Positions 48,919 through 58,192 of a DNA stretch of 64,000 nt are shown piece after piece (the first letter of the stretch is position 1; every line of letters starts with the position of its first letter). The stretch is from the NCBI GenBank assembly GCA_947476535.1, contig CANJRC010000008.1:845-64844 (forward strand). The letters are read 5' to 3'. A model generated the notes under the pieces. The model was not told the DNA's origin. It saw nothing but the letters and a program-made list of their open reading frames with translations, and did not search any database. Source of the stretch: Betaproteobacteria bacterium (lineage in GTDB: Bacteria; Pseudomonadota; Gammaproteobacteria; Burkholderiales; SG8-39). Made by a program: the position numbers and the translations under genes.

Positions 48919-50115
48919 ATCGCCACCGACCCGGATTCAATCGAAGCGTTCCGCGAAGAAGTGCGGGTATTCCTGCGCGCGAGCGTGACGCCCGCGCTGC
49001 GCGAGCGCGTCCAGGCCGGCAACTACCTGCAGAAAGACGAGTACTTGGCGTGGCAAAAGGCGCTCGGCGCTCGGGGCTGGGGCGCGCCGAACTGGCCGGT
49101 CGAGCATGGCGGCGCGGGCTGGTCCGCCCTGCAGAAATATGTGTTCGAGGATGAGTCGGCTCGAATGGAGGCGCCGATCCCGGTGTACCTGCGCAACGGA
49201 CTGCACATCGTCGGGCCATTGGTCATCCGCTTCGGACGCGACGATCAGAAAGCCCGCTACCTGCCCCGCATCCTCAATGGCGACGAGTTGTGGGCACAGG
49301 GTTTCTCGGAGCCTGGCGCTGGCTCCGACCTGGCCGCCCTTCGTTGCGCTGCCAGCCTGGAGGGCGAAGCGTACATCGTCAACGGCACCAAGATCTGGAC
49401 GAGCCTTGCCCATCTCTCCGCACATTGCCTGCTGCTGGTGCGGACCAGTTCCCATGGCTCAAAGCACGACGGCATCACGATATTGCTGGTGGACCTGAGC
49501 CTGCCCGGCATCACCATCCGGCCAATCAATGCCATCGATGGCTACCACCACCTCAACCAGGTGACCTTCGACAATGTCCGCGTGCCCGTCGACTGCAGGC
49601 TCGGCGAGGAAGGAAACGCATGGAAGATGATCGGGGTCGGCCTGGATGCCGAGCGGCTCTTCCTGGCCGACATCGGCCTGTCCAAAAGCCTTTTGCGAAG
49701 GCTGCGAACCATTGCGGCGCACATGCCGCACGGCGACGGAATTCTCTCCGGGCAGACATGGTTCGGCGATCGTCTCTCCCGCCTCGAGATCCGCCTGATC
49801 GCGCTGGACGGCATGGTCCTGCGTCTCCTCCACGCGCCCGACAGGATCACCTCGAAGGAAGCCTCGATGCTGAAGCTGCGCGGCACCGAACTCGCGCAGG
49901 ACATCAGCCAATTGATGAGCGAGGCCGCCGGCATGCACGCGCTGCCCTACCATCACGACGTGCTGGGAGGCGGCTGGCAGGGGAAGCCAATCGGCCCGGC
50001 ATTTGCCACAACACTGACCCCGTTCTTTCTCTTCTGGCGCAAGGCCACGATCTCAGGGGGCACCAGTGAAATCCAGAAGAACATCATTGCCCGATCCCTC
50101 TTCGGTGCGAAATGA
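48919..50115 (+). CDS. Acyl-CoA dehydrogenase (PimC-like large subunit); start uncertain (ATC at 48919 or GTG at 48961)
   Basis: AFREEVRVFL, WPVEHGG, WAQGFSEPGAGSDLA, NGTKIWTS, TISGGTSEIQKNII. Confidence 0.85.
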   Translation: MATDPDSIEAFREEVRVFLRASVTPALRERVQAGNYLQKDEYLAWQKALGARGWGAPNWPVEHGGAGWSALQKYVFEDESARMEAPIPVYLRNGLHIVGPLVIRFGRDDQKARYLPRILNGDELWAQGFSEPGAGSDLAALRCAASLEGEAYIVNGTKIWTSLAHLSAHCLLLVRTSSHGSKHDGITILLVDLSLPGITIRPINAIDGYHHLNQVTFDNVRVPVDCRLGEEGNAWKMIGVGLDAERLFLADIGLSKSLLRRLRTIAAHMPHGDGILSGQTWFGDRLSRLEIRLIALDGMVLRLLHAPDRITSKEASMLKLRGTELAQDISQLMSEAAGMHALPYHHDVLGGGWQGKPIGPAFATTLTPFFLFWRKATISGGTSEIQKNIIARSLFGAK

Positions 50116-50118
50116 CGC

Positions 50119-51264
50119 ATGAACACCATGATCACTGACGAACAGACCCTGCTGCATGACACGGCGTTACGCTTTGTGCGCGAGCAATATGGGCTGCGCG
50201 ACCGGCAGGCGTCGATCGACAGCCCCGGAGGATGCCGCCCGGCGATCTGGCACCAGTTCACCGAACTGGGGTGGCTCGGACTGCCCTTCCCCGCCCGCCA
50301 TGGCGGCTTTGACGGCACCCCGCTCGACGTGCTGCATCTGATGCAGGCCTTCGGCCGGGGACTGGTCGTGGAGCCTTACCTGTCATCGGTAATCCTATCC
50401 GGTGGCGTGATTCTGAGTGGCGGTAGCGAAGGCCAGAAGGAACGGTACCTGCCACCGCTGATCAGTGGCGGGTTCCGGCTGGCTTCGGGATTCCATGAGG
50501 AAGGCAGCGGCGGTTCAACCGCTCATGTGTCAACGACGGCGCGCCCAACACAGGACGGCTATTGCCTGGATGGGCAAAAGTCCGTCGTCCTGGGGGCAAC
50601 CGGCACCGATGCCCTCATCGTCAGCGCCCGCACGCAGGGCAACACGCGCGATGACGGCGGCATCTCGCTGTTCCTGCTCGATGCGCGCACGCAGGGCGTA
50701 ACGCTGCGCCCGTACATCCTGATCGACGGCCGCCATGCCGCCGATGTGACCCTGAGGAATGTTCGCGTCCCTAACGATGCGATTCTCGGGCCTGTGGGCC
50801 AAGGCAAGGCCCTCGTCGAGCAGGCAATCGACGATGCAACGCTCGCCTGTGTTGGTGAGGCTGTGGGCGTCCTTGAGCGTGCCCTCGAGATGACCATCGA
50901 CTACCTGAAAACCCGCCAGCAGTTCGGCCAGCCACTGTCGGCATTCCAGGTGTTGAAGCACCGGGTCGTCGATATTTACATTGCCCTGGAGGAACTGCGC
51001 TCGCTCGCCCTGTCCGCAGCGAGCGAGCGCGACCCGCTCGAGCGGTCAAAGGCCATTTCAGCCGCAAAGGTCCATATCGGAGAAGGCGGCACCCGAGCGA
51101 TCCTCGACACTATCCAGCTGCACGGCGCGATCGGAATGACCGAAGATTACGCGCTGGGTCACTATGTCCGCCGATTCACTGCCATTGACCGGCTGTTTGG
51201 CGGCGCGGCAGAGCACCTGACGCGATACCGGCGCAGTCCCGGCGATGCGGGTCATGCCGCCTGA
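50119..51264 (+). CDS. Acyl-CoA dehydrogenase (PimD-like small subunit)
   Basis: ELGWLGL, GRGLVVEPY, YLKTRQQFGQP, FQVLKHR, IQLHGAIGMTED. Confidence 0.9.
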   Translation: MNTMITDEQTLLHDTALRFVREQYGLRDRQASIDSPGGCRPAIWHQFTELGWLGLPFPARHGGFDGTPLDVLHLMQAFGRGLVVEPYLSSVILSGGVILSGGSEGQKERYLPPLISGGFRLASGFHEEGSGGSTAHVSTTARPTQDGYCLDGQKSVVLGATGTDALIVSARTQGNTRDDGGISLFLLDARTQGVTLRPYILIDGRHAADVTLRNVRVPNDAILGPVGQGKALVEQAIDDATLACVGEAVGVLERALEMTIDYLKTRQQFGQPLSAFQVLKHRVVDIYIALEELRSLALSAASERDPLERSKAISAAKVHIGEGGTRAILDTIQLHGAIGMTEDYALGHYVRRFTAIDRLFGGAAEHLTRYRRSPGDAGHAA

Positions 51265-51339
51265 CCGGCAGACCGCGAGCGCGATCAGTGACAACAAAGC
51301 CAAACCCGGCCCTGGAGGCCCAATGAGGAGGGGAGATCA

Positions 51340-51996
51340 ATGCCAGACGACGACTTCAGGGCGTTGACACGGATCGAGATGGCGCAGCGGATCGCACGGG
51401 ACATTCCCGAGGGCTGGTTCGTGAACCTGGGTTTTGGCATGCCGACGAGCGTGGCCGATCACGTGCCGCTCGAGCGTGAAGTCATCTTCCATTCCGAACA
51501 GGGCGTGATCGGCATGGGCCCGGCACCCGGGCCGGGTGAACTGAACCCGTGGCTGCTCAACGCCAGCAAGCAGCACGTCACCTTGCGCACGGGTGGCTCC
51601 TACGTGCACCACGCCGAGAGCTTCGCCATGGTCAGGGGCGGGCATATCGACCTGTGCGTTCTCGGCGCATACGAAGTCTCCGAGGCAGGCGACCTTTCCA
51701 ACTGGACGACTTCCGAAGACGACATCGCTCCCTCGGTCGGCGGCGCCATGGATCTCGCTGCCGGTGCGAAACGGCTGTGGGTCCTGATGGACCATGTCAC
51801 CAAGCAAGGCAGACCCAAGCTGGTCAGGCAATGCACGTATCCGCTTACGGCACTGGCCGCGGTCGACCGCATCTATACCAACCTGGCCGTCATCGACGTG
51901 ACGCCCAAGGGCCTGGCCGTGGTCGAGATGGTGCCCGGCATGACCCTGGACACACTACAAGCCATGACAGGGGCGCCCTTGCGGTTAGATAAGTGA
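51340..51996 (+). CDS. 3-oxoacid CoA-transferase subunit B
   Basis: Paralog of 34767..35426 (VNLGFGMPT, HSEQG, GGAMDL). Confidence 0.9.
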   Translation: MPDDDFRALTRIEMAQRIARDIPEGWFVNLGFGMPTSVADHVPLEREVIFHSEQGVIGMGPAPGPGELNPWLLNASKQHVTLRTGGSYVHHAESFAMVRGGHIDLCVLGAYEVSEAGDLSNWTTSEDDIAPSVGGAMDLAAGAKRLWVLMDHVTKQGRPKLVRQCTYPLTALAAVDRIYTNLAVIDVTPKGLAVVEMVPGMTLDTLQAMTGAPLRLDK

Positions 51997-52057
51997 ACTT
52001 TCTTCAGCAAACCGTGCCAATGGATATTTTGATCATACAAAATCGGAGAGGATCGCA

Positions 52058-53296
52058 ATGAAACCGGGCATCTTAACGGGATTTCGGGTACTGGACCTCA
52101 GCCGCGTGCTGGCCGGCCCCTGGGCGTGCCAGATACTGGCCGACCTTGGCGCGGAAGTCATCAAGGTCGAGCGGCCTGGAGAGGGCGACGGGTCGCGCGT
52201 GTTCGGCCCGCCGTTCCTCCAATCGACGGACGGACGCGAACTGAACCAGACGGCCATCTACCTCGCCGCGAACCGCAACAAGAAATCGATTGCCATCGAC
52301 ATCGCAAAAAAGGAAGGACAGGAACTGATACGGAAATTGGCGGCGCGATGCGATGTACTGGTGGAAAACTACAAGGTGGGTGATCTGGCGCGCTATGGGC
52401 TCGACTATGACGCCATCAAGGCCGTCAACCCCGGCATTGTCTATTGCTCCATCACCGGATTCGGCCAGACCGGGCCGTACCGGAACCGGCTCGGCTACGA
52501 CACGGTCTTCCAAGCCATGAGCGGCCTCATGGAATCGACCGGGCCCGCGATTGGCGCTCCGGGAGGAGGCCCGACAAAGGCCGGCCCCAGCATATCGGAT
52601 CTCTTCGGCGGCTTGTATGCCGACGTCGCCATCCTGTCTGCGCTGCTCAATCGTCAGCGCAATGGCGGTGATGGCGGTGAATACATCGACCTCTCGCTGC
52701 TGGACTGTTCAGTTGCGGCAATGACCAGCATTGCCATGCAATACATGATGACGGGCAATGTGCCGGAGCGGCTTGGCAACGGTGGAAATGGCGGTGTTCC
52801 CGCGGATGTCTTCGAATGCCAGGGCGGCAGCATCTACATGATCTCCGGCAACGATCAGCAGTACTACCGCATGTGCGAGGCGCTCAAGCGGCCGGACCTG
52901 GCACAGGACGAACGCTACCGGCTGCAGCGCGGGCGCATCGCGCGCCGCCACGAGATCGTTGCGACCTTCAGAGACGTGCTCAGGCCGCTCCCTATCAGGG
53001 ATGTGCTGGATGCTCTCGAGAAGGCCGGTGTTCCCGCCGCACCGATCTACAACCAGAAGGAAGTGTTCGAAGACCCGCATATCCGCGAGCGCGGCATGCA
53101 AGTGGAAATCCCGCATCCCGATGCCGGAAAGCTTTCCTTGGTGGCCAACCCCATCCGTTTTAGAGAACATCCCATCACCGAGTACACGGCACCACCCCAC
53201 ATCGGCGAGCACACGGAGGACATTCTTTCCACCCAACTGGGGCTCGACAAAGCGGCTATCGAGGGCCTAATCGCCGCGGGCGTGGTGGCCGCATGA
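52058..53296 (+). CDS. CaiB/BaiF family III CoA-transferase
   Basis: RVLDLSRVLAGP, ADLGAEVIKVE, NRNKKSI, SITGFGQTGP, GYD. Confidence 0.94.
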   Translation: MKPGILTGFRVLDLSRVLAGPWACQILADLGAEVIKVERPGEGDGSRVFGPPFLQSTDGRELNQTAIYLAANRNKKSIAIDIAKKEGQELIRKLAARCDVLVENYKVGDLARYGLDYDAIKAVNPGIVYCSITGFGQTGPYRNRLGYDTVFQAMSGLMESTGPAIGAPGGGPTKAGPSISDLFGGLYADVAILSALLNRQRNGGDGGEYIDLSLLDCSVAAMTSIAMQYMMTGNVPERLGNGGNGGVPADVFECQGGSIYMISGNDQQYYRMCEALKRPDLAQDERYRLQRGRIARRHEIVATFRDVLRPLPIRDVLDALEKAGVPAAPIYNQKEVFEDPHIRERGMQVEIPHPDAGKLSLVANPIRFREHPITEYTAPPHIGEHTEDILSTQLGLDKAAIEGLIAAGVVAA

Positions 53297-53414
53297 CCGT
53301 CCCGGGAACCGGCATGGCCGCGGTACGAGGCAATGGCAAACGAATCATCGCCGGAGCAGACCCTCAACCGGCACAACACATCGAATTCATCATCGGAAAA
53401 ATCCGGAGGCAAAG

Positions 53415-54611
53415 GTGTCAATAGAGAAAGTCGCAGTCATCGGAAGCGGGCTCATGGGCCATGGCATTGCGCAGGTTGCCGCAATGACGGGCCAGACCGT
53501 AGTGCTCATCGACAAATCGGAATCTGCGCTGGCGTTCGCCAGTCAGAAAATGGGCGAAAGCCTGAAGAAGCTGGCCGAGAAAGGCCGGATCAAGGAGACG
53601 CCGGAAGCCGTGCTGGGCCGGATCCGGACCACGTCGAGCCTCGCCGACGGCGTTCGCGATGCACAATTTGTCATTGAGGCGGTATTCGAGGAAATCAACC
53701 TGAAGCGCAACCTCATTGCCGAAGTCGAAGTCCTCGCGCCAAAGGACACCATCCTCGCCACCAACACCAGCGGCCTGTCGATCCGGGCGATATCCGGCAA
53801 GGCCAAGAACAAGGCGAAGATCATCGGCATGCACTGGATGAACCCGCCGCAACTCATGAAGCTGGTGGAACTCATCAGGAGCGACAAGACCGACGACAAC
53901 ACGCTGCAGACGACGCTGGATCTGTGTACACGCTACGGCAAGGAAACGATCATCGCGCAGCGCGATGTGTGGTGCTTTCTCTCCGGGCGCGCTCGCATGG
54001 GATTTTCCATGGAGAACTGCATCATGCACCTGGCGAACGTAGCCGACCACAGGACGCTGGACGCGGTCACGCGCTACAAGCTCGGGTTGCCGATGGGCGA
54101 GTTCGAACTGCTCGATTTCACCGGCTCCATGGACATCCGCCCCAGGAGCCTAGAATCGCTTGGCGAAATTCTCAAGGACTACCCGGACTTCGAGCCATGG
54201 CCTGAATTCCGCACCGCCTACTCCCATCTAGCCAGGGGCGTCTGGACCGACATGTCATCCAGAGGCCTGTCCGGCGTGAAGTCGGGACAGGGCTACTACC
54301 CTTATCCCGGCAACAAGTACCTCAAGCCCGATATCCAGAAGGAACTCGCCAACACGATCGATCCCGTGCAATTGATGGCACCGGGCCTCAACTGCGCTGC
54401 CTGGTGTGTCACCAACGGTGTGGGCAGCGTGGCGGACATCAACAAGGCCAATCGCCTCGCCTTCGGCTGGCCGAAGGGCATCTTCGACTACATTCCGGAC
54501 TATGGCATCGCCAGGATCATCGAGGTGCTCAACGCCAAGGAAGCCGCGGCGCCCAACTGGCTGCGCGGCTTCTATCGCGTTGATCCGCTACTGGCAAACT
54601 GGAAAGCCTGA
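53415..54611 (+). CDS. 3-hydroxyacyl-CoA dehydrogenase family protein (paralog of 763..1959)
   Basis: Same 398-aa length; about 82% identical by hand count. Confidence 0.9.
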   Translation: MSIEKVAVIGSGLMGHGIAQVAAMTGQTVVLIDKSESALAFASQKMGESLKKLAEKGRIKETPEAVLGRIRTTSSLADGVRDAQFVIEAVFEEINLKRNLIAEVEVLAPKDTILATNTSGLSIRAISGKAKNKAKIIGMHWMNPPQLMKLVELIRSDKTDDNTLQTTLDLCTRYGKETIIAQRDVWCFLSGRARMGFSMENCIMHLANVADHRTLDAVTRYKLGLPMGEFELLDFTGSMDIRPRSLESLGEILKDYPDFEPWPEFRTAYSHLARGVWTDMSSRGLSGVKSGQGYYPYPGNKYLKPDIQKELANTIDPVQLMAPGLNCAAWCVTNGVGSVADINKANRLAFGWPKGIFDYIPDYGIARIIEVLNAKEAAAPNWLRGFYRVDPLLANWKA

Positions 54612-54635
54612 CCTAGAAGAACGGTGAGGGAAAAC

Positions 54636-55424
54636 ATGATCATGAATAACGCCATCAAATACGAACAGCGTGGGACCGTTGCGTGGATCACGCTGAACCG
54701 CCCAGACCAGATCAATGCCGTCAACGACGGCATCCGCAACGGCCTCGTACAGGCGCTCGATCAGGCGGAGACCGATGATGCGGTGCGCGCAATCGTGCTC
54801 ACTGGTGCAGGTCCGCGCGGGTTCTGTGCCGGCGCAGACATCAAGGAGTCTCGCGGACCTGAGACCCCCGTGGAAGCGCGACGCAGGATGCTGCGAAACA
54901 CGCATTTCGACGCCCTCGAGCGCGCCACGAAGCCTGTGATCGCCGCAATCCATGGCGTGTGCATGGGGGGCGGCTTTGAGATTGCACTCGCCTGCGATAT
55001 TCGAATTGCGTCCCCGGACGCCGTATTCGCGCTGCCCGAAACCGGGCTGGGCATCATTCCCGGTGGCGGTGGCACTCAGCGGCTCCCGCGCATCGTCGGT
55101 CTTGGCCGGGCCCTCGACTTGATCCTGACCGGCGACCGGATCGATGCCCAGGAAGCCTTGCGCATCGGTGCGATTTCCCGGCTCGTCACGGATAATGCGC
55201 AGCTGATCCCCGAAACGGAAAAACTCGCGCAGCGAATTTGCGGCAAGCCGCCCACGGCCACCGCTTACGCCAAGGAGTCTGCACGCGGCGGAATGGAGAT
55301 AGACCTGAAGGCGGGACTGCAACTGGAGAAAACGCTGTTCACGATGCTTCTAACGACCGAGGACCGCCGTGAAGCATCCACTGCATTCAAGGAAAAGCGC
55401 ATACCGGTTTTTACGGGGAGATAA
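54636..55424 (+). CDS. Enoyl-CoA hydratase/isomerase (paralog of 1..672)
   Basis: FCAGADIKE, GGGFEIALACDIRI, PETGLGIIPGGGGTQRLPR. Confidence 0.93.
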   Translation: MIMNNAIKYEQRGTVAWITLNRPDQINAVNDGIRNGLVQALDQAETDDAVRAIVLTGAGPRGFCAGADIKESRGPETPVEARRRMLRNTHFDALERATKPVIAAIHGVCMGGGFEIALACDIRIASPDAVFALPETGLGIIPGGGGTQRLPRIVGLGRALDLILTGDRIDAQEALRIGAISRLVTDNAQLIPETEKLAQRICGKPPTATAYAKESARGGMEIDLKAGLQLEKTLFTMLLTTEDRREASTAFKEKRIPVFTGR

Positions 55425-55579
55425 GCCCCTGCCGACGACAAAACACAGGCGGAATCGGGAAATCATCATTTGCCTGTGACAGTAATATGCCTTGACACTC
55501 AATGCTGATAATGGACTATTTAATATTTTGTCAGTAATTAAGTGGATATACGCCGGAAAATTGCAAAGTGAGGCCACGC

Positions 55580-57304
55580 ATGGAAAAGAAGACAATTATC
55601 GGCACGGGCGGCGAACTGCTCATGCACCAGCTGGTTGCACAGGGCGTCGAACACGCCTTCATGAACACGGGCAGCGCGGAAGCGGGCTTCTACGACGCCT
55701 TCCTCACCGTTCCCGGCGTGCAGCCGATCCTCCTGCTGGCCGAATCGCTGGTGTTGTCGGCCGCCGACGGCTATGCCAAGGCCTCCGGGCGCACGGCGTT
55801 CGTGAACGTGCATCTCGCGGCCGGCACCCGCCAAGGCTCGGGCCAACTGCAGAATGCCTGGTTCGACGGCACGCCGATGGTGGTGACCGCCGCGATGAAG
55901 GACTCGGGCTCCTTCGGCGATCACAACACGGTGGCCTCTTCAGCCGGGTTCTCACAAACAGCCGCAATCGAGGACATCACCAAGAGACGCTGGGAGGTGA
56001 CGGACGCGCGCGGCATCCCGATGGCCACTCGCCGAGCCTTCAAGGAAGCGATGACCCTGCCCACCGGCCCGGTCTATCTCGCACTCTCGACCGCCGCCCT
56101 GGATGCAAAAGGGGTCGAAGGCACAATCCAGGCGGCCCGCCCGCTGGAGATGGCGCAGGTGCCGAATGGCACGACCATCGAGAAGATCCACGCTGCACTG
56201 CTCAACGCAGAGCGGCCGCTTCTGCTCGTCGGCCCGGACGTCCGGGCAGCCGGCGCACAACGCGAACTGCTGGCGCTATCAGAAAACTACGCGCTGCCCA
56301 CTGCGGTCGGGTATTTCGATTACGGCGGCTTCCCGCTGAAGCATCCCCACTACATCGGCATGATCGACGACCTTCCGGACAGGGGCTACGACGTCGTCTG
56401 CTGCATCGGCTACCGCCAGAACACCCGTGCCAACCCGGCAGACGAGAAATTTACCGACGCCGGCACCATCATCGCCATCGGCCACGACCCGGCGATGATG
56501 GGCAACACCTTTGCGCTTGACCTCGATGTCTGGGGCAACGTGCGGCACACCCTGACAGCACTCAATGCGCTTTGGACAGCAGAACAGGCAAAGCTGCCAC
56601 ACATCAACAAGCGCAAGCTGGTTCTGGCGGCACAGAGCCAGGCCCGGCTCGCGCTACAGAGAGAGCAGGCGCTCCGGTTGGCAAAGGACAATCCGATCCA
56701 CCCGGCCCTCCTCGGCGATTCGATGGCGCGCAACCTGGCGAAGAACACCCTGCTCGTCTCCGAGAATTTCCGTGCCTGCGACGATCTCCTGCCCTTTGGC
56801 TACGGAGAAAGCGACTGGCAAATGATACGGACTTATGGCGGCGGCCTTGGCCACGGCGTGGGCGCCGCAGTCGGCGCGCAACTCGGCGCGCCGGGCCGCC
56901 CGGTCGTGCTCAGCCTCGGCGACGGGGCGGTGATGTATAGCGCGTCCGGATTCTGGACCATGGCGCGCTACGGCCTGCCCATCCTCACCATCATCTGGAA
57001 CAACCTCCAGTACCAGACCGTACGCGCCAACTTCGCCGCCTGGGGCGGCAGCTTCAAGTCGCAGAACCGCTACCCGGAGACCTTCCTGGGCGATCCGGAG
57101 ATCGACTTCGTGATGCTCGCCAAGGCGCAAGGCATCGAAGGCATGCTCGTGCGCGAACCTGGGGAACTGGATGCCGCGATCCGGCGCGGCAAAGAAGCGC
57201 AGGCTGCCGGGCAGCCGTTCGTGATTGACGTCCGCATCGCCAACGTCGGGGCGGGGGCGGACCAGAACTGGCACATGCGCTACGCATTGCCGACGGCGCA
57301 TTGA
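55580..57304 (+). CDS. Thiamine-diphosphate-dependent enzyme (benzoylformate decarboxylase/acetolactate synthase superfamily)
   Basis: ESLVLSAADGYA (catalytic Glu), PTGPVYL, GDGAVMY...WNN ThDP motif. Confidence 0.88.
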   Translation: MEKKTIIGTGGELLMHQLVAQGVEHAFMNTGSAEAGFYDAFLTVPGVQPILLLAESLVLSAADGYAKASGRTAFVNVHLAAGTRQGSGQLQNAWFDGTPMVVTAAMKDSGSFGDHNTVASSAGFSQTAAIEDITKRRWEVTDARGIPMATRRAFKEAMTLPTGPVYLALSTAALDAKGVEGTIQAARPLEMAQVPNGTTIEKIHAALLNAERPLLLVGPDVRAAGAQRELLALSENYALPTAVGYFDYGGFPLKHPHYIGMIDDLPDRGYDVVCCIGYRQNTRANPADEKFTDAGTIIAIGHDPAMMGNTFALDLDVWGNVRHTLTALNALWTAEQAKLPHINKRKLVLAAQSQARLALQREQALRLAKDNPIHPALLGDSMARNLAKNTLLVSENFRACDDLLPFGYGESDWQMIRTYGGGLGHGVGAAVGAQLGAPGRPVVLSLGDGAVMYSASGFWTMARYGLPILTIIWNNLQYQTVRANFAAWGGSFKSQNRYPETFLGDPEIDFVMLAKAQGIEGMLVREPGELDAAIRRGKEAQAAGQPFVIDVRIANVGAGADQNWHMRYALPTAH

Positions 57305-57347
57305 AGCTGGCGAACTTGCCGGACTGTGTTGCAGTACCGCTTCCTGG

Positions 57348-57416
57348 ATATCCGTAAACAAGTACAACGGCGTGCAGAGCCTGCAGGTGCTGATCGAGCA
57401 CTGGGAGAAACGCTGA
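57348..57416 (+). repeat. Displaced recJ 3' fragment (attR-like right repeat)
   Basis: Encodes ISVNKYNGVQSLQVLIEHWEKR* versus recJ ISVNEYNGVQSLQLIIEHWEVP*; exact core at 57361-57385. Confidence 0.9.
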
Positions 57417-57539
57417 TTTGAGCTCCCATAATTACTATCATGAATCCATGCGGCAGGACATCCGTCGGATAGTAACGTGGACATTATTATCAATAATGTG
57501 GCGCAGGATAAGGTGGGGACCTCAATTTTCGGGAACTTT

Positions 57540-57857
57540 TCAGATGCCCGTAATGACCAGGTCAATCGCCGCGATGATGGCCTGACGGTGCTTGGAGAGA
57601 TTTCCCACACAATCGCCAAGCACTTTTCTCGACACACCAGCCAGTTCGGGCGCGAGCAATACGAATTTGCGCCCCTCCACTTCCAGGACGGGGTTCAGCC
57701 GTTCGGCGAGCTTGCCATTGAGCACCTCGGGTTTGCACAAGGGCACGACGACCCGCGTGCTTAACATGTCGAGCAGATCCGACTGGATATCGAGCAAGTA
57801 GGGGACGCGCGACTTCGAGCCCGGGTTGGCGTTGCGGTAGACGTCGAATTGCGCCAT
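57540..57857 (-). CDS. ccdB: CcdB family toxin
   Basis: MAQFDVYRN...PYLLDIQSDLL...TRVVVPL...RLNP...IIAAIDLVITGI. Confidence 0.92.
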   Translation of the reverse strand: MAQFDVYRNANPGSKSRVPYLLDIQSDLLDMLSTRVVVPLCKPEVLNGKLAERLNPVLEVEGRKFVLLAPELAGVSRKVLGDCVGNLSKHRQAIIAAIDLVITGI

Positions 57858-57860
57858 GAA

Positions 57861-58109
57861 TCAGAATGTTCGCAATCCATCGCTGAACACGCCGTGCTTT
57901 TCCACATGCTCGTTGTAGGCCTCGAGGGCGGCGCGGTTTCTCTCCAGCCATTGCACGCGTTCATGCTGGCGAATGGCGTCAACCAGGCCGGCTTCGAGCA
58001 CCTGCGACAAGTTCAGCCTGAGCCGCCTCGCTTGATCGATCAGGCCACCGTCAATGCTGAGGTTGGTCGCCTTCTTGCGTTGGCGGGGAGCTTTTGCCTG
58101 GGTTTGCAT
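57861..58109 (-). CDS. ccdA: CcdA family antitoxin
   Basis: KKATNLSID...NLS...WLERNRAALEAYNEHVEKHGVFSDGLRTF; GGGAG RBS. Confidence 0.92.
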   Translation of the reverse strand: MQTQAKAPRQRKKATNLSIDGGLIDQARRLRLNLSQVLEAGLVDAIRQHERVQWLERNRAALEAYNEHVEKHGVFSDGLRTF

Positions 58110-58129
58110 CAAGCGACTCCCTACAGATG

Positions 58130-58152
58130 AATGCGCACAGTTTATGCGCATT
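58130..58152. promoter_or_regulatory. Inverted repeat upstream of ccdA (candidate autoregulatory operator)
   Basis: AATGCGCA-N7-TGCGCATT about 20 bp upstream of the ccdA start. Confidence 0.55.
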
Positions 58153-58192
58153 TAATCACAATGGCAACGGTCGCGCCCCCGGGCCGGAGCCA

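Larger units (their letters stand above)
10133..57385. mobile_element. ~47-kb catabolic genomic island inserted at the recJ 3' end (no integrase seen)
   Basis: Flanking direct repeat of the recJ 3' end; content is accessory catabolic genes; parts look less GC-rich than the backbone (by eye, not computed). Confidence 0.75.

Noticed and set aside
52006-52021. Sigma54-like TGGCACG...TTGC on the minus strand
   Set aside because: GG-to-GC spacing is 8 rather than 10, and it points against the local genes.
57225-57416. 63-aa ORF as a real small gene
   Set aside because: It overlaps the ThDP gene's end and has no clear RBS; only its last 22 residues are meaningful, as the displaced recJ tail.
57421-57448. 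dif-like site (AGCTCCCATAA-ttacta-TCATGAATCCA) next to the right repeat
   Set aside because: The left arm resembles a XerC arm, but the normally well-conserved XerD arm matches TTATGTTAAAT at only about 4/11 positions.
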